Source of the DNA: TPA_inf: Saccharomyces
Lineage: Eukaryota
NCBI GenBank assembly: GCA_000146045.2
Contig: BK006939.2
Coordinates: forward strand, 352,001 to 416,000
DNA length: 64,000 nucleotides
Direction of reading: 5' to 3'
Position numbers and translations under genes: made by a program
Shown here: positions 35,232 to 45,951 of the stretch, piece by piece
Layout: the number at the start of each line of letters is the position of its first letter
Position numbering within the stretch: the first letter of the stretch is position 1
Notes under the pieces: generated by a model
What the model was told of the DNA's origin: nothing
What the model saw: the letters and a program-made list of their open reading frames with translations, nothing else
Databases searched by the model: none

Positions 35232-35795
35232 ATGCTACCTTTATATCTTTTAACAAATGCGAAGGGACAACAAATGCAAATAGAATTGAAAAACGGTGAA
35301 ATTATACAAGGGATATTGACCAACGTAGATAACTGGATGAACCTTACTTTATCTAATGTAACCGAATATAGTGAAGAAAGCGCAATTAATTCAGAAGACA
35401 ATGCTGAGAGCAGTAAAGCCGTAAAATTGAACGAAATTTATATTAGAGGGACTTTTATCAAGTTTATCAAATTGCAAGATAATATAATTGACAAGGTCAA
35501 GCAGCAAATTAACTCCAACAATAACTCTAATAGTAACGGCCCTGGGCATAAAAGATACTACAACAATAGGGATTCAAACAACAATAGAGGTAACTACAAC
35601 AGAAGAAATAATAATAACGGCAACAGCAACCGCCGTCCATACTCTCAAAACCGTCAATACAACAACAGCAACAGCAGTAACATTAACAACAGTATCAACA
35701 GTATCAATAGCAACAACCAAAATATGAACAATGGTTTAGGTGGGTCCGTCCAACATCATTTTAACAGCTCTTCTCCACAAAAGGTCGAATTTTAA
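35232..35795 (+). CDS. LSM4: Sm-like protein LSm4 with a C-terminal Asn-rich prion-like tail, 187 aa
   Basis: ATG at 35232. The Sm fold is recognisable (…LKNGEIIQGILTNVDNWMNLTLSNV…), followed by an N-rich low-complexity tail. Confidence 0.9.
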   Translation: MLPLYLLTNAKGQQMQIELKNGEIIQGILTNVDNWMNLTLSNVTEYSEESAINSEDNAESSKAVKLNEIYIRGTFIKFIKLQDNIIDKVKQQINSNNNSNSNGPGHKRYYNNRDSNNNRGNYNRRNNNNGNSNRRPYSQNRQYNNSNSSNINNSINSINSNNQNMNNGLGGSVQHHFNSSSPQKVEF

Positions 35796-35931
35796 ACAAA
35801 TTTTGTATTATAATAATTATGTACATATATAAATATATTGGTACATATGTACTGTGTGTGTATGTGAATGTTGATTACCGTTTTCTTTAAAAAAAGCTTT
35901 TCTTCTTTTTATTACCGAGCTTTCCTTTAGT

Positions 35932-38052
35932 TTACAGGTTGACTTTCTGGTGGTATATTTTATTTATAAACCATGAAGCCGTTAAGTAACTTAATGCGCC
36001 AAGCCCTAAACTGCACATTACGTTGAAGATTAAACTATAACAAATGGAAATTAAGATAGATGAAAACCCATGGATGTTTAGCACTGCGAAAATGTAATAT
36101 AGCGAATACAATTCCATATATACACCACCGCTAAATCCCATTTCAAAGCACTTCCATCTCCAATTGTTGCGAACCACCTTATCTTCGAAGCAAAATCTCA
36201 TTAATAAATAACTTCCAATAATTGATATCTCCATAGTTAACACGCATAATAGTATGATACTCAAAAAAAGGAATCCGTAAAAATAATAAAATGTAGTTTT
36301 CTCCAACCAGAGAGATTTGTAAACGTATTGCATTTCCACGTAAATTACTAACAAGGGGAAAATACCACATAAATAAATGCCGCAGTAAACCAACGGGTTG
36401 AACTTGGCTCGTGATTTAGGTACAAATAATCCATTGCCATCGCTATTGCTTTCATCTTTAGTAATTCCACTCAACCAATATTGAGGCAAAGGTATATTAT
36501 TAGCTACAATACCACCAAACAAGCTGAGTGGTATACAGACGATGAAATAAATGCTCATGAAAAACACAATAGTCTTGAATGGTAATGCACTTGTAGAATC
36601 ATGTGCCCAAACAATACTATTTAATAAAAATGTGCTCACCATTACAATGCCAGGTAAGCTGGACCCACAAAGTATCGTAAAAATGGGACTAAACTTCTTG
36701 TAGTCTTTGAGGTATCTGTTATCGTCAAGGTAATTGGCCTTGGTTCTTTTCGTTTTCGTTACCATACTGAGTCTTGTCCCTACGAATGATGCCATGAATG
36801 CTCCAAGTACGAAAAATAAAATGGCCATAGTTAGCACACTGTTTCTTACATTATGCAATTTGTTCATTGAACATGATATCGTTAAGGATCCAATTATGGT
36901 AAATAAAAATTGCACCCCAAATGAGACCAGAAGGATTAAAACTTTTAAACCAAATAAATTTGGTCTACCATTTTGTATCCAGTCTTTCGCCACCGTGTAA
37001 ACGGAGTATTTACCATACTTGTCATCGTCCAGGTCATCCTCTGTTTCAATTCCTTCTATATTTATCATGTATTTGGGGGACTTTGAATTACTTTTATCCG
37101 TGTACATGACTCGTACGTAAATAATAAGCGTGATAAATGAGATGGACAATACAATTCCCACTGAATTGGCTAAGCTCATCCAATGAAACTGAATGCTCTG
37201 TTCGTCAGATAACTCACCTGCGTTCAAGAAATAATCCCATCTATGATTCCAGTCTACTTCAAATTCTTCCCTCCAATATACGGAGTAAGTAAATGGCAAA
37301 TATGTCAACTCATTTTCATCCTCAGGAATGACTATTTCGTATTGTTCGTAGTTCTTCGATGCCCCAGGACAATGATAATCTGACACAGATCTTGGATATA
37401 CTTCAAAGCCGACTATGGTATTTTTATCATTATCACTGGCATGAAAACGTATTACCAGCATTACGTGATTATGCAGATAGGTTTTATCTGTATCAGGATC
37501 TATGAAACCTAAAGGAAACCCAGATGCATAATATTTTTTATGATCAGTGGTGGAAATAAAGGTAGTGGCAGCCGGCAATTCATCATCAATTAGCCATTGT
37601 ACGACGTATCCCTCCCTGACTAACTTGTCTAAGGTCTGCATGCCCTCTTTGGTAGTTTTCCGGGCACACAACGTTTCACATGGATTGTCTTCGCCAAATT
37701 TGAGTTTATAGTCGCTTTCCCATTTCCTATCCCCTCTTATTATTTCGTTTAGAGATAAATGAAGCGGTTTTTTATGCATAGTAGGAGGACAAGTGAAGGG
37801 CAAGTCATAATATGCGTATGGCAATTGCGTTAAGTCAGATTCTACCTTATTCACAATCAATTCCAAGGGATCACCCTTTCTATAGAAATTGGGTGTTATC
37901 CACCCGTCATAAAGATTCTTTTGGCTGGAGGAGATGACTGGTTCCTGCCCATGCCCTCGCGTTCGTGATGAGTAGAACTGGTTTCTGAGGATGAGCATCA
38001 CGACTACTATCGCCATGAGTGTTATGACCGACCTCTTTGGTCTTACTCTCAT
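35932..38052 (-). CDS. TMN3: Nonaspanin (EMP70/TM9SF) family membrane protein, 706 aa
   Basis: Signal peptide, large lumenal domain and nine C-terminal TM helices; 706 aa matches YER113C. Confidence 0.85.
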   Translation of the reverse strand: MRVRPKRSVITLMAIVVVMLILRNQFYSSRTRGHGQEPVISSSQKNLYDGWITPNFYRKGDPLELIVNKVESDLTQLPYAYYDLPFTCPPTMHKKPLHLSLNEIIRGDRKWESDYKLKFGEDNPCETLCARKTTKEGMQTLDKLVREGYVVQWLIDDELPAATTFISTTDHKKYYASGFPLGFIDPDTDKTYLHNHVMLVIRFHASDNDKNTIVGFEVYPRSVSDYHCPGASKNYEQYEIVIPEDENELTYLPFTYSVYWREEFEVDWNHRWDYFLNAGELSDEQSIQFHWMSLANSVGIVLSISFITLIIYVRVMYTDKSNSKSPKYMINIEGIETEDDLDDDKYGKYSVYTVAKDWIQNGRPNLFGLKVLILLVSFGVQFLFTIIGSLTISCSMNKLHNVRNSVLTMAILFFVLGAFMASFVGTRLSMVTKTKRTKANYLDDNRYLKDYKKFSPIFTILCGSSLPGIVMVSTFLLNSIVWAHDSTSALPFKTIVFFMSIYFIVCIPLSLFGGIVANNIPLPQYWLSGITKDESNSDGNGLFVPKSRAKFNPLVYCGIYLCGIFPLLVIYVEMQYVYKSLWLEKTTFYYFYGFLFLSIILLCVLTMEISIIGSYLLMRFCFEDKVVRNNWRWKCFEMGFSGGVYMELYSLYYIFAVLNIHGFSSILISICYSLIFNVMCSLGLGALSYLTASWFINKIYHQKVNL

Positions 38053-38589
38053 TTTTTCTCGTTTCGGTTCACGTCTTTATATTAGTGCTTCAGTACCTGA
38101 TGCAAGAAATTCAAACGGAGAGGAAGCAGTCTAGTGAAGAAAAAGCGTAGATATACTACTATGCAATTTTGAAAAATAATACGTTGCTTTGTTCATCGAA
38201 GCAAACGAACGAGGTGCTTTGGAATGTAGATCTTAGAGTGGAAAAAAGTAAAACAAAAAAAAAAAAAATTGAAATATATTTTCCATTTTCGCGAATGCGA
38301 TTTCGACAAATTAGAGACCTCTTAGAAGGGTCCTAAAATTTTAATAGCCTTGAAACAGAAGTCACTAAACAGATTAACGGCATCTTTTGTTTAGCTTTCT
38401 TGTAAATTATATATGGTTACAAACCCCAATCCCTAACCTCACGCAAGTAAAACTATATAGAATAACATTTAAAGGATCATCGGCATCCTTTCATTTTCAA
38501 ATAACTCCATTCTTTTTTGCCCATGAGAACAATAGCTTAATGAGTTTATGCATCAAATTTGAGGCGCATCTTTTTCAATAGCTTTAAAA

Positions 38590-41500
38590 TTATATTTTGT
38601 CGGTTTTATGTTTTGAATTATCCCCGAAGTAATCCTCTTCCGTTGAGAATTTACCCTTTTTCTCTGTTCCACGCATACTACTATTGCGAGCCACTCCAGG
38701 CGATAACAATCCGGAAGCTAGTAAGAACGGACTGGAAAATCCATTTGAGCCAATGGTTGTATTGTTAGCAGAGGACAAATTCGGAGTAGATATAGTATTA
38801 TCCTCGTCGGAAGTTCGTTGGGTTGACGCTGATATTGTGCGATCAGCTTGCCCTTGATTATTGTCATGTTGCTGCTGTTGAAGCTGCTGTTGATCCCATA
38901 AAAACTGGTCCTCATCTTCCTCGTTCTCTAGCATTTGCTGTTCCCTTAGCTTGGTCTCTTCTCTCGCTTCTGCTAACATCTCTTGCGCTTTGCTCAAGGA
39001 AACCGTAGGTGTTGTATAGGAACTGATAATTGGCACTGATGTGTCGATATCAATGGTGGTTTTAATTAGTGCAGCCATCCAACCTCTCATCTCTTCTTTA
39101 TTATCTACTGCAAAATAGTGCGTGCGAGGTTGTGTAAATGTCAAACCTTTCTTTGATCCTGGTTGCGGAGGTAATAGTTTGAAACAATACCGTCCTTTAC
39201 CTGTACTGGCTGCATATAATGAAACTAGTTTATCATCTTCCTTAGCAGGCACAACGCGATGAGCAGTAATGTCGATAAGACCTCTTTCTCTCGTGTCCGT
39301 AGTGGAGCTGAAGTATGACAATCTAGTACCATGCAATGTGAAAAATCTCGTCTTCCAAGTACTCATGGCACCGCTGCCTTTCTTGCTCATCCAACCAGAA
39401 AAGTCAGCATCCTTCATTGCCTCTTTAACACTAATACTCCTTAAACCTTCTATAAATGCAGAAGTTTGCTTTTTCTTGGCTACAGGTCTAGCGGTCATTT
39501 GACGCAAGCTTTTGCCCTTGAGCGTTTCACCTTTAATAGCCTCACTCGCAGACCTCTTATTTTTATCATCTTTCACAGTTTCGGTAAAGATTTCAGCTTC
39601 CTTTGCGCTAACTGATCTTCTTTTAGATCTACTCTTTTTGGAAGACTTTTTATCAACTATCGGTGAGCTGTTTTTTTCTGACGGCATTGAGGTTATGGGA
39701 TTCTCTTCAGGACTTGAAGAGCGAGCAGCATTATCAGTAAATTGTTGCCTAAAGGGACTTAGCATGAAGGAACTTTTTTTGAATGAACTAGTTCGCGATG
39801 CACTGCTGCTTCTCTTTAAAGACGAGTTCCTCCTGGAATCGCTTTTTGATTTAGAAGATAATGAAGACGAGTGTCTCGTTGGTTTTTTCTTCCCCTCCTT
39901 CTCATGTGCCAATTTGTCATTACTTATGGATGCAATGGTAGATCCATCAGCGTATATACTGGACGTGGGTCTTTCGAATGTGTTCATTGTTTCTTGAAAC
40001 TGCTCTTCCTCATGGCTGGAACAAGAGGATTTTCTATCCGAAGAAGATTCAGGAGCGTATCCATAATAAGGGACAGAATTCCTCTTCGAAGACGATGTTA
40101 GCTTGCCTTCACTATCTTCATTTCTAACAGAATTACGGGTGGGGGATGGAATAGGTGACAACGCCTTCCCACCGCCTTGGTTGTTCTTTGGGAGTGCGGA
40201 ACGGGAATTGAAATTAGAATCTGATGAAGAATATTGATCGATATAAGAAGTTCTTTTAGGCCCTGAGAAAGATAAAGTAGGTGATTGCCATGAATAAAGT
40301 TGAGCAGGAGAAGGTGACGTCCTTGTGTTATTCAATAGGGGCGATTTTGGAGGTTGTGCTGGACTAGGGTAAGATGGGGGTTTGGGGGCTCTCCTCGGAG
40401 AAACAAACAAATTTTCATTACCTGCCATTTCCTCTACCACCTGAGGAATTTGAACATCTGGAGCTATATTAGCATTAGCCTCTTGTGAATCAAAAACTAA
40501 AGATTTAGGCCGGTGCTTGGAAGCTGAGGAGTTCCTAGTATTTCTGGGAGTGGGGATAAAATTCTGTTGTGACGGAAGGTCCTCTAACGACTGTGAAGTC
40601 TTTCTAACATGGCCTCTGTAGGAAGCTCTCTGGTCAACGTTTGCGGGAGGCATCAATTGGTTATAAATGTTAGCGTTATTGGTCTTACTAGCTCTATTCA
40701 GGGAGCGGCCATTAGTTCTAATAGCCTCTTTGATTTTTTCTATTTCTTTGAAAATCTCAAATCTTGTCCCAAAAGAATTTATGTCCAACTCTTTTAAATG
40801 AACAAGCTCTAATTCTAACAAAATTTTACCCGATATTTTGTGCTTCTGGAATCTAGAGGCAGATTGGACATCGTATCCTTCCATAATAAAATAAGCTGTT
40901 ATTTCTTCGGGTGACCAAAACTCTGCTTCTACAGGGTTCAATTTAGTAGTATCAATTCCATTAATTAAAGTAGCTTGATTTTCCAAATCTCCGTTCAGGA
41001 ACCCAGTAGAACTACTCGTTGTTGGCTTACTGTTAGATTCGACTACATCCAGTCCATCAGTGGCTGATAGAATTGTTTCATGCGTAATGCTATGTTCCTC
41101 GTCTCTGCCCGAATTGATGAAACGATCTGGTGGACCTATAGAGTCGTCTTTAAACTCCAGTAGTGCATTGTCTATGTCACTCATTGTATTCTTTAAAGAC
41201 AAGTTTCTTTCGATCTTTCCATTGGCAGTTCTCGAAATAGAGGCGGCGGTTTCAATTGGTTGCGGGGTTGGCAGTTCACTGTTTGAATCGTTTTCACTGA
41301 TAAAAGTGCTGGAAAGAAGAGGATCTTCATTGGTTAATGGACTATATATCCTTTTGGTAGACTTGGCTCTCATCAATGTCGGAGCCTTCTCCACTGTTAT
41401 CTTTTGAGTAAAGACCACCGGATATAAACCTTCCTCATTGGTTCTCAGATTTCGACCAAAATACCAGCCATCCTTGTATTCTTCGTCATCAGTTATTACT

Positions 41501-41712
41501 TTGATCTTGTCACCGGGCTTCATATCTAGTTCATCTTCCATTCGCTTAAAATACTCATTAATGGCAATATACATTGGGAAATTGCCACCGTCACGCCCGG
41601 TTGCACTTCCTTTGCTGTCAAAATCCGGTGACAAAGTGTCCGATACGTCTTTATCTCTGCTGACAGTTGTGTTGAGCTGCGAGAGTGTGGGTACTTCCCT
41701 GTCATTACTCAT
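38590..41712 (-). CDS. BOI2: Polarity protein with SH3, SAM and PH domains (Bem1-interacting), 1040 aa
   Basis: N-terminal SH3 (…YIAINEYFKRMEDELDMKPGDKIKVITDDEEYKDGWYFGRNLRTNEEGLYPVVF…) and a PH domain near the C-terminus; 1040 aa matches YER114C. Confidence 0.88.
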   Translation of the reverse strand: MSNDREVPTLSQLNTTVSRDKDVSDTLSPDFDSKGSATGRDGGNFPMYIAINEYFKRMEDELDMKPGDKIKVITDDEEYKDGWYFGRNLRTNEEGLYPVVFTQKITVEKAPTLMRAKSTKRIYSPLTNEDPLLSSTFISENDSNSELPTPQPIETAASISRTANGKIERNLSLKNTMSDIDNALLEFKDDSIGPPDRFINSGRDEEHSITHETILSATDGLDVVESNSKPTTSSSTGFLNGDLENQATLINGIDTTKLNPVEAEFWSPEEITAYFIMEGYDVQSASRFQKHKISGKILLELELVHLKELDINSFGTRFEIFKEIEKIKEAIRTNGRSLNRASKTNNANIYNQLMPPANVDQRASYRGHVRKTSQSLEDLPSQQNFIPTPRNTRNSSASKHRPKSLVFDSQEANANIAPDVQIPQVVEEMAGNENLFVSPRRAPKPPSYPSPAQPPKSPLLNNTRTSPSPAQLYSWQSPTLSFSGPKRTSYIDQYSSSDSNFNSRSALPKNNQGGGKALSPIPSPTRNSVRNEDSEGKLTSSSKRNSVPYYGYAPESSSDRKSSCSSHEEEQFQETMNTFERPTSSIYADGSTIASISNDKLAHEKEGKKKPTRHSSSLSSKSKSDSRRNSSLKRSSSASRTSSFKKSSFMLSPFRQQFTDNAARSSSPEENPITSMPSEKNSSPIVDKKSSKKSRSKRRSVSAKEAEIFTETVKDDKNKRSASEAIKGETLKGKSLRQMTARPVAKKKQTSAFIEGLRSISVKEAMKDADFSGWMSKKGSGAMSTWKTRFFTLHGTRLSYFSSTTDTRERGLIDITAHRVVPAKEDDKLVSLYAASTGKGRYCFKLLPPQPGSKKGLTFTQPRTHYFAVDNKEEMRGWMAALIKTTIDIDTSVPIISSYTTPTVSLSKAQEMLAEAREETKLREQQMLENEEDEDQFLWDQQQLQQQQHDNNQGQADRTISASTQRTSDEDNTISTPNLSSANNTTIGSNGFSSPFLLASGLLSPGVARNSSMRGTEKKGKFSTEEDYFGDNSKHKTDKI

Positions 41713-42291
41713 CTTTATATGTTCAAATTTTTTGCGGAGAAGTTGGTATGATTCAATAAATATGTGGCTAAAAATGAAAAGTTAAAACTGAAAAAGCAGT
41801 TACAGTCTTTTTGACCACTCTAAAAAAAAGTGTAAGCAGAAGGGAATTACGCAAATAGTGTTAAAAGCAACTTTAATATCTGTTGTCTTTAAAAACTGCT
41901 AAGTTTTATCGTGGGGCTAACTATCGCTTAAAAGGAAAGAGTAAATATGGCTAGTCTAACACTAAATATTAAAACCAGCTTTTTTCAACGCTTCTAAATA
42001 GGGAGACCTTACTTTCTTGACGAATTTGTCCTCATCAATCTGAGCATTTTGAATAGCGGCTGTGATAAGTTTTGTTTTTTTTTAAAAAAAAAAAAGAAGG
42101 TCTCCTTCTTCGTTCATACCGCATCGATCTAGAACGATGGGAAAAAAAGGCACCACGTGACTAGAGAATCACCTTTTTAGCGAAATATTTGTTTACTACC
42201 CTATGCATCTTGCGATGAGAAGCTACATGGAAAAGGGACCTATAATTTAGTTATCTTACAAAGTTTATTTATGGAATTGTTTCTCCTGTGT

Positions 42292-42867
42292 TTAAAAATA
42301 TAGGGATGAAAACTCATCGGCTATACTGTCATAGACCCGTGTGGAGGAGGCAGCGCAACCAAGTACAGCAGACTGGTCACAACTAAACCGAGCTAGTGGA
42401 CTTGGAAAGAGGGTAGCTTGCTGACATGCACACCTCTCCCCGGGTTTTGGATGGACACCATGTTTTATGCCGTGGAGCGGGCACCTGGTACCTCTCAAAT
42501 CTCTGATTCCTGCAAAATTTCCGAAACGTAGAGTCACGGGTCCTGACAAGCAACCATGCTCCAGAGTGATTGGTTTCCTTGATTTTTTTTGCTTTTTCAA
42601 AAATTTCTTAACGTGGGTTTTCTTCTTCCTACTTGGACTCATCCCCTGAAGGTAATTCTGCTGCTTATTTGGGTCACACGCGCCCTGTAGCAACAATTCA
42701 ATCATCCTGTCATTAAGTATATCTTGAATATCATTACATCTTCTTTTCAATAATATTTCTGCTGTAAATGATGACTTTACATTTTGTGAACAGTTATTGG
42801 TATACAGAGGATAAATCCAATGTAAATTGGAGGAAGAGTACGATTGCCATATATTAGAAACAGCCAT
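42292..42867 (-). CDS. SPR6: Sporulation-specific protein, 191 aa
   Basis: The track ORF (193 aa) starts at TTG; the first ATG at 42867 gives 191 aa, matching YER115C between BOI2 and SLX8. Confidence 0.7.
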   Translation of the reverse strand: MAVSNIWQSYSSSNLHWIYPLYTNNCSQNVKSSFTAEILLKRRCNDIQDILNDRMIELLLQGACDPNKQQNYLQGMSPSRKKKTHVKKFLKKQKKSRKPITLEHGCLSGPVTLRFGNFAGIRDLRGTRCPLHGIKHGVHPKPGERCACQQATLFPSPLARFSCDQSAVLGCAASSTRVYDSIADEFSSLYF

Positions 42868-43347
42868 ATACAAGTTTGAACAAAATACAACTCAAAGTAA
42901 AATGGTAGCTGCACGACAAAAAGTAATTCCTTGAATTTTATTTATGTTGTACCTGGTAACCTTAATTTTTTTTTTTCTTTTCTTTGTAATACCTTAGCTC
43001 TGGTTATATGCTTGGTCCCCTTAATTGTTTATGTACCCACTACACATTAATATTGAGGGGAGGATTAAATACATACTCTGCCTTGATTAGTGCCTCTTTT
43101 TCTTTTGTCCTTTTTCCTTCATTTATAGCCATTTTTGTGTAGATGGTCCAAATTCCTCGGAGTGCTTTGTTTAATCAGAAAAAGTATCAATGAGCAGGAA
43201 GCAAAAAAAAAAAAGGTAAAAATTTACGATTGTGCTGGGGTTAAAGAACTCTCATCTCCTGATGAAAACCCGGCTACTCCATAGAATCTTCTTTTGAGTA
43301 TGCCTGTAAAACGTACTTTAATAAAGAGAACACTCGGTTATTGACAG

Positions 43348-44172
43348 CTAGCTTTTTACCTTCTTCTTGACTTGCTTTTTCCTTAGAATAATTAACCTCA
43401 CATCCTTTAAGTACACTTTACTTCTACAAAGAGCGCAATGGCCGAACTGTCTACATGTTCTTGAGCTATTAACCATTTGAAATAAGCATGGACAACAAAA
43501 GACGTGCCCACATAACGTCATGAGGGCTGTCTCTGGAGGTTCAAAACAAATCGGGCAGCGATAGTCCTTGGCTGCACCATACTCTTTGGGTGCTTCTTTG
43601 GTTTCCTCCTGAAAGTCGTCATCTGATATTTGCAACACTTGTTGCTCTTCAGCGTCTAAGTCTATGGCATCTGCAGTTAAATCAACAGTTTGTTCCTTAC
43701 TATTTGTTCCAGGTTTCGTTGTCGGCGGTGCTGCGTCAAGCATCGGGGAAGCACTCGGAGTGTTTGCTGTTTGTGAAAGAACGTCCATTGTGTGCAATTC
43801 TTCAACATTATTCGTTAATGTGATATTGTTACCAGAACTTGCTTCTGGCTCTTCGGTATGCATTGTTTCCCTGTCATGATTCCCAGAATCGTTGTTACTG
43901 GTGTTATGGTCGCTACCTGGATCTTCTTCAAGTGCTCTAAAGAGAGATAAATCATCATCACCATCTTCCTCAGAAGTATTCTCAAGAGCTCGCTCTCCAA
44001 TGATTTCGACTACGGCCTCTGGGCTGTCATGGCGGTTATCTGTGACGATATTTTGTGTTCTCGATACTTCATTTTCTTCCTCCTCATCGTTCTGCCTGAC
44101 CGACTCTAGTCTTACCCTTTTGATTCGTAGATTTTCACCTTCTGGATTTTGGTTATCAGGTCTTCTTGCCAT
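43348..44172 (-). CDS. SLX8: SUMO-targeted ubiquitin ligase subunit with C-terminal RING finger, 274 aa
   Basis: RING motif CPICFEPPETALMTLCGHVFCCPCLFQMVNSSRTCRQFGHCALCR; 274 aa matches YER116C. Confidence 0.88.
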   Translation of the reverse strand: MARRPDNQNPEGENLRIKRVRLESVRQNDEEEENEVSRTQNIVTDNRHDSPEAVVEIIGERALENTSEEDGDDDLSLFRALEEDPGSDHNTSNNDSGNHDRETMHTEEPEASSGNNITLTNNVEELHTMDVLSQTANTPSASPMLDAAPPTTKPGTNSKEQTVDLTADAIDLDAEEQQVLQISDDDFQEETKEAPKEYGAAKDYRCPICFEPPETALMTLCGHVFCCPCLFQMVNSSRTCRQFGHCALCRSKVYLKDVRLIILRKKQVKKKVKS

Positions 44173-44768
44173 ACAAGGTGTAATTAATTTACTCGTTTGT
44201 TACTTGGCCGCCCCTTTATATTGACTCAGTAGGGGAAAAAGTACTGTTGATCGAAGAAAGAAAGTTGTTCCTACTAATCTTCCGCATGCTCTAATATCTG
44301 ACATATTATCCCTTCTCTTCTGTAATTTCCTAAAATACAAATAGATGTAGAAAACAGTTCTTTCTTTCCCTGTTGTATACATCCGTACACTTTTGTGAAC
44401 CCAAACATTTTTTGTTTAATTTGAAAGATTTTTTTCTATTAGGAGCCGTCTCCTTCAATTCTCGGCAAAGCGAGGGTTCCTCTCATGCTTACTGTTCTCT
44501 TCCCCACCGGCAGCTGCTGGGAACCCTCCAACATGCTGTGCACGGGGGAGGGACAGTAGCTAACTACCTTTCACTTGGGCGGGAAACTGAAACTAATACG
44601 GTGCTGTCCCGGCTTGCGCCTCTGAGACTTACTGGAAGGAAGCCCACGGTTTCTTTTCAGTTGGATGGAGAGTTATAATCAAGAAGTATATAGATTTTGA
44701 ATATTGATTAAGCGAGTAATATTGCTATTTCGAAATAATCGAGAAATCACGATAATAATACAGCAAAA

Positions 44769-44810
44769 ATGTCAGGTAACGGTGCTCAAGGTACAAAATT
44801 CAGAATTTCT
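44769..44810 (+). CDS. RPL23B: RPL23B exon 1 (MSGNGAQGTKFRIS)
   Basis: ATG at 44769; 14 codons followed by GTATGT. Confidence 0.88.
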
Positions 44811-45281
44811 GTATGTTAAAACCGAAACAAGTGGAAATACCCATTTAAATCACACAAGATGTCGTCAATCAACAAATAAAAAAGTATATTCCCGAGACTG
44901 AATGTTACAATTGAGACAAGCAATGTTCAAGAAATGTGGGAGTCTATCAATGAATATAGTGGATAGCCAAAATGGAAGATGCCAAATTTATCCTTAATGG
45001 CTTCTCCATGCCTACATCCAGATAGCGAAATCTACTTCTGGGCCTTAAAGCGTTAAATGGATGCCTTTCCAACTGATTACTGAGAAGGTTACTTTTGTTA
45101 AGACTATTGGAAGTTCTATGCGGAATATACAAACTCCAAAAATGTCCAATTGTTGTAAGATCATTTATGTCCAAGAAATATATTTGTGTTGATGGTTCCA
45201 TTCTTGCCAAGATAGGATTGATTTACTAACAGATTAATTGTGTGCTCATTTTTATGTGTCACTTACATTTTTTTTAAATAG
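44811..45281 (+). other. Spliceosomal intron of RPL23B (471 nt): 5'ss GTATGT, branchpoint TACTAAC at 45224-45230, 3'ss AAATAG at 45276-45281
   Basis: Canonical yeast splice signals. Exon 2 resumes in frame ([16 protein letters not shown]…). Confidence 0.88.
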
Positions 45282-45653
45282 TTAGGTTTACCAGTTGGTG
45301 CTATCATGAACTGTGCTGACAACAGTGGTGCCAGAAACTTGTACATCATTGCCGTCAAAGGTTCTGGTTCTAGATTGAACAGATTACCAGCCGCCTCTTT
45401 AGGTGACATGGTTATGGCCACTGTTAAAAAGGGTAAGCCAGAATTGAGAAAGAAGGTTATGCCAGCTATTGTTGTCCGTCAAGCTAAGTCTTGGAGAAGA
45501 AGAGACGGTGTCTTTTTGTACTTCGAGGACAATGCTGGTGTCATCGCTAATCCTAAGGGTGAAATGAAGGGTTCTGCCATTACTGGTCCAGTCGGTAAGG
45601 AATGTGCCGACTTATGGCCAAGAGTTGCTTCCAACTCTGGTGTTGTTGTTTAA
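45282..45653 (+). CDS. RPL23B: RPL23B exon 2. 60S ribosomal protein L23 (uL14), 137 aa in total
   Basis: The joined exons give the canonical uL14 sequence …[50 protein letters not shown]…. Confidence 0.9.
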   Translation, partial: LGLPVGAIMNCADNSGARNLYIIAVKGSGSRLNRLPAASLGDMVMATVKKGKPELRKKVMPAIVVRQAKSWRRRDGVFLYFEDNAGVIANPKGEMKGSAITGPVGKECADLWPRVASNSGVVV

Positions 45654-45951
45654 ATAAAATTTCCAAGAAAAATTCTTTTAAATCATTATGTAACCTTTTA
45701 AAATATTAATATAAACAATCCAAGTCAAGTCAATGACATGAGAGTGCATATATACATTGTTGGAGAATATTTCAGTGAAGCGGTTGCCTTTTTCTTTGTG
45801 AACATCCTAGAGTAAACATAATACATAAGAATGATTTTTCCTACAATTACAGAACTATATTCTTCAAAACATTACTGTAGAGGGTCATAAAGATAGGTTT
45901 CTTTATTTTTTTCCTTTGACTCGAGAATCCATGCTATAAGATTGTTAATCA

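Noticed and set aside
44947-45210. 87-aa minus-strand ORF.
   Set aside because: It lies wholly inside the RPL23B intron and has no supporting features.
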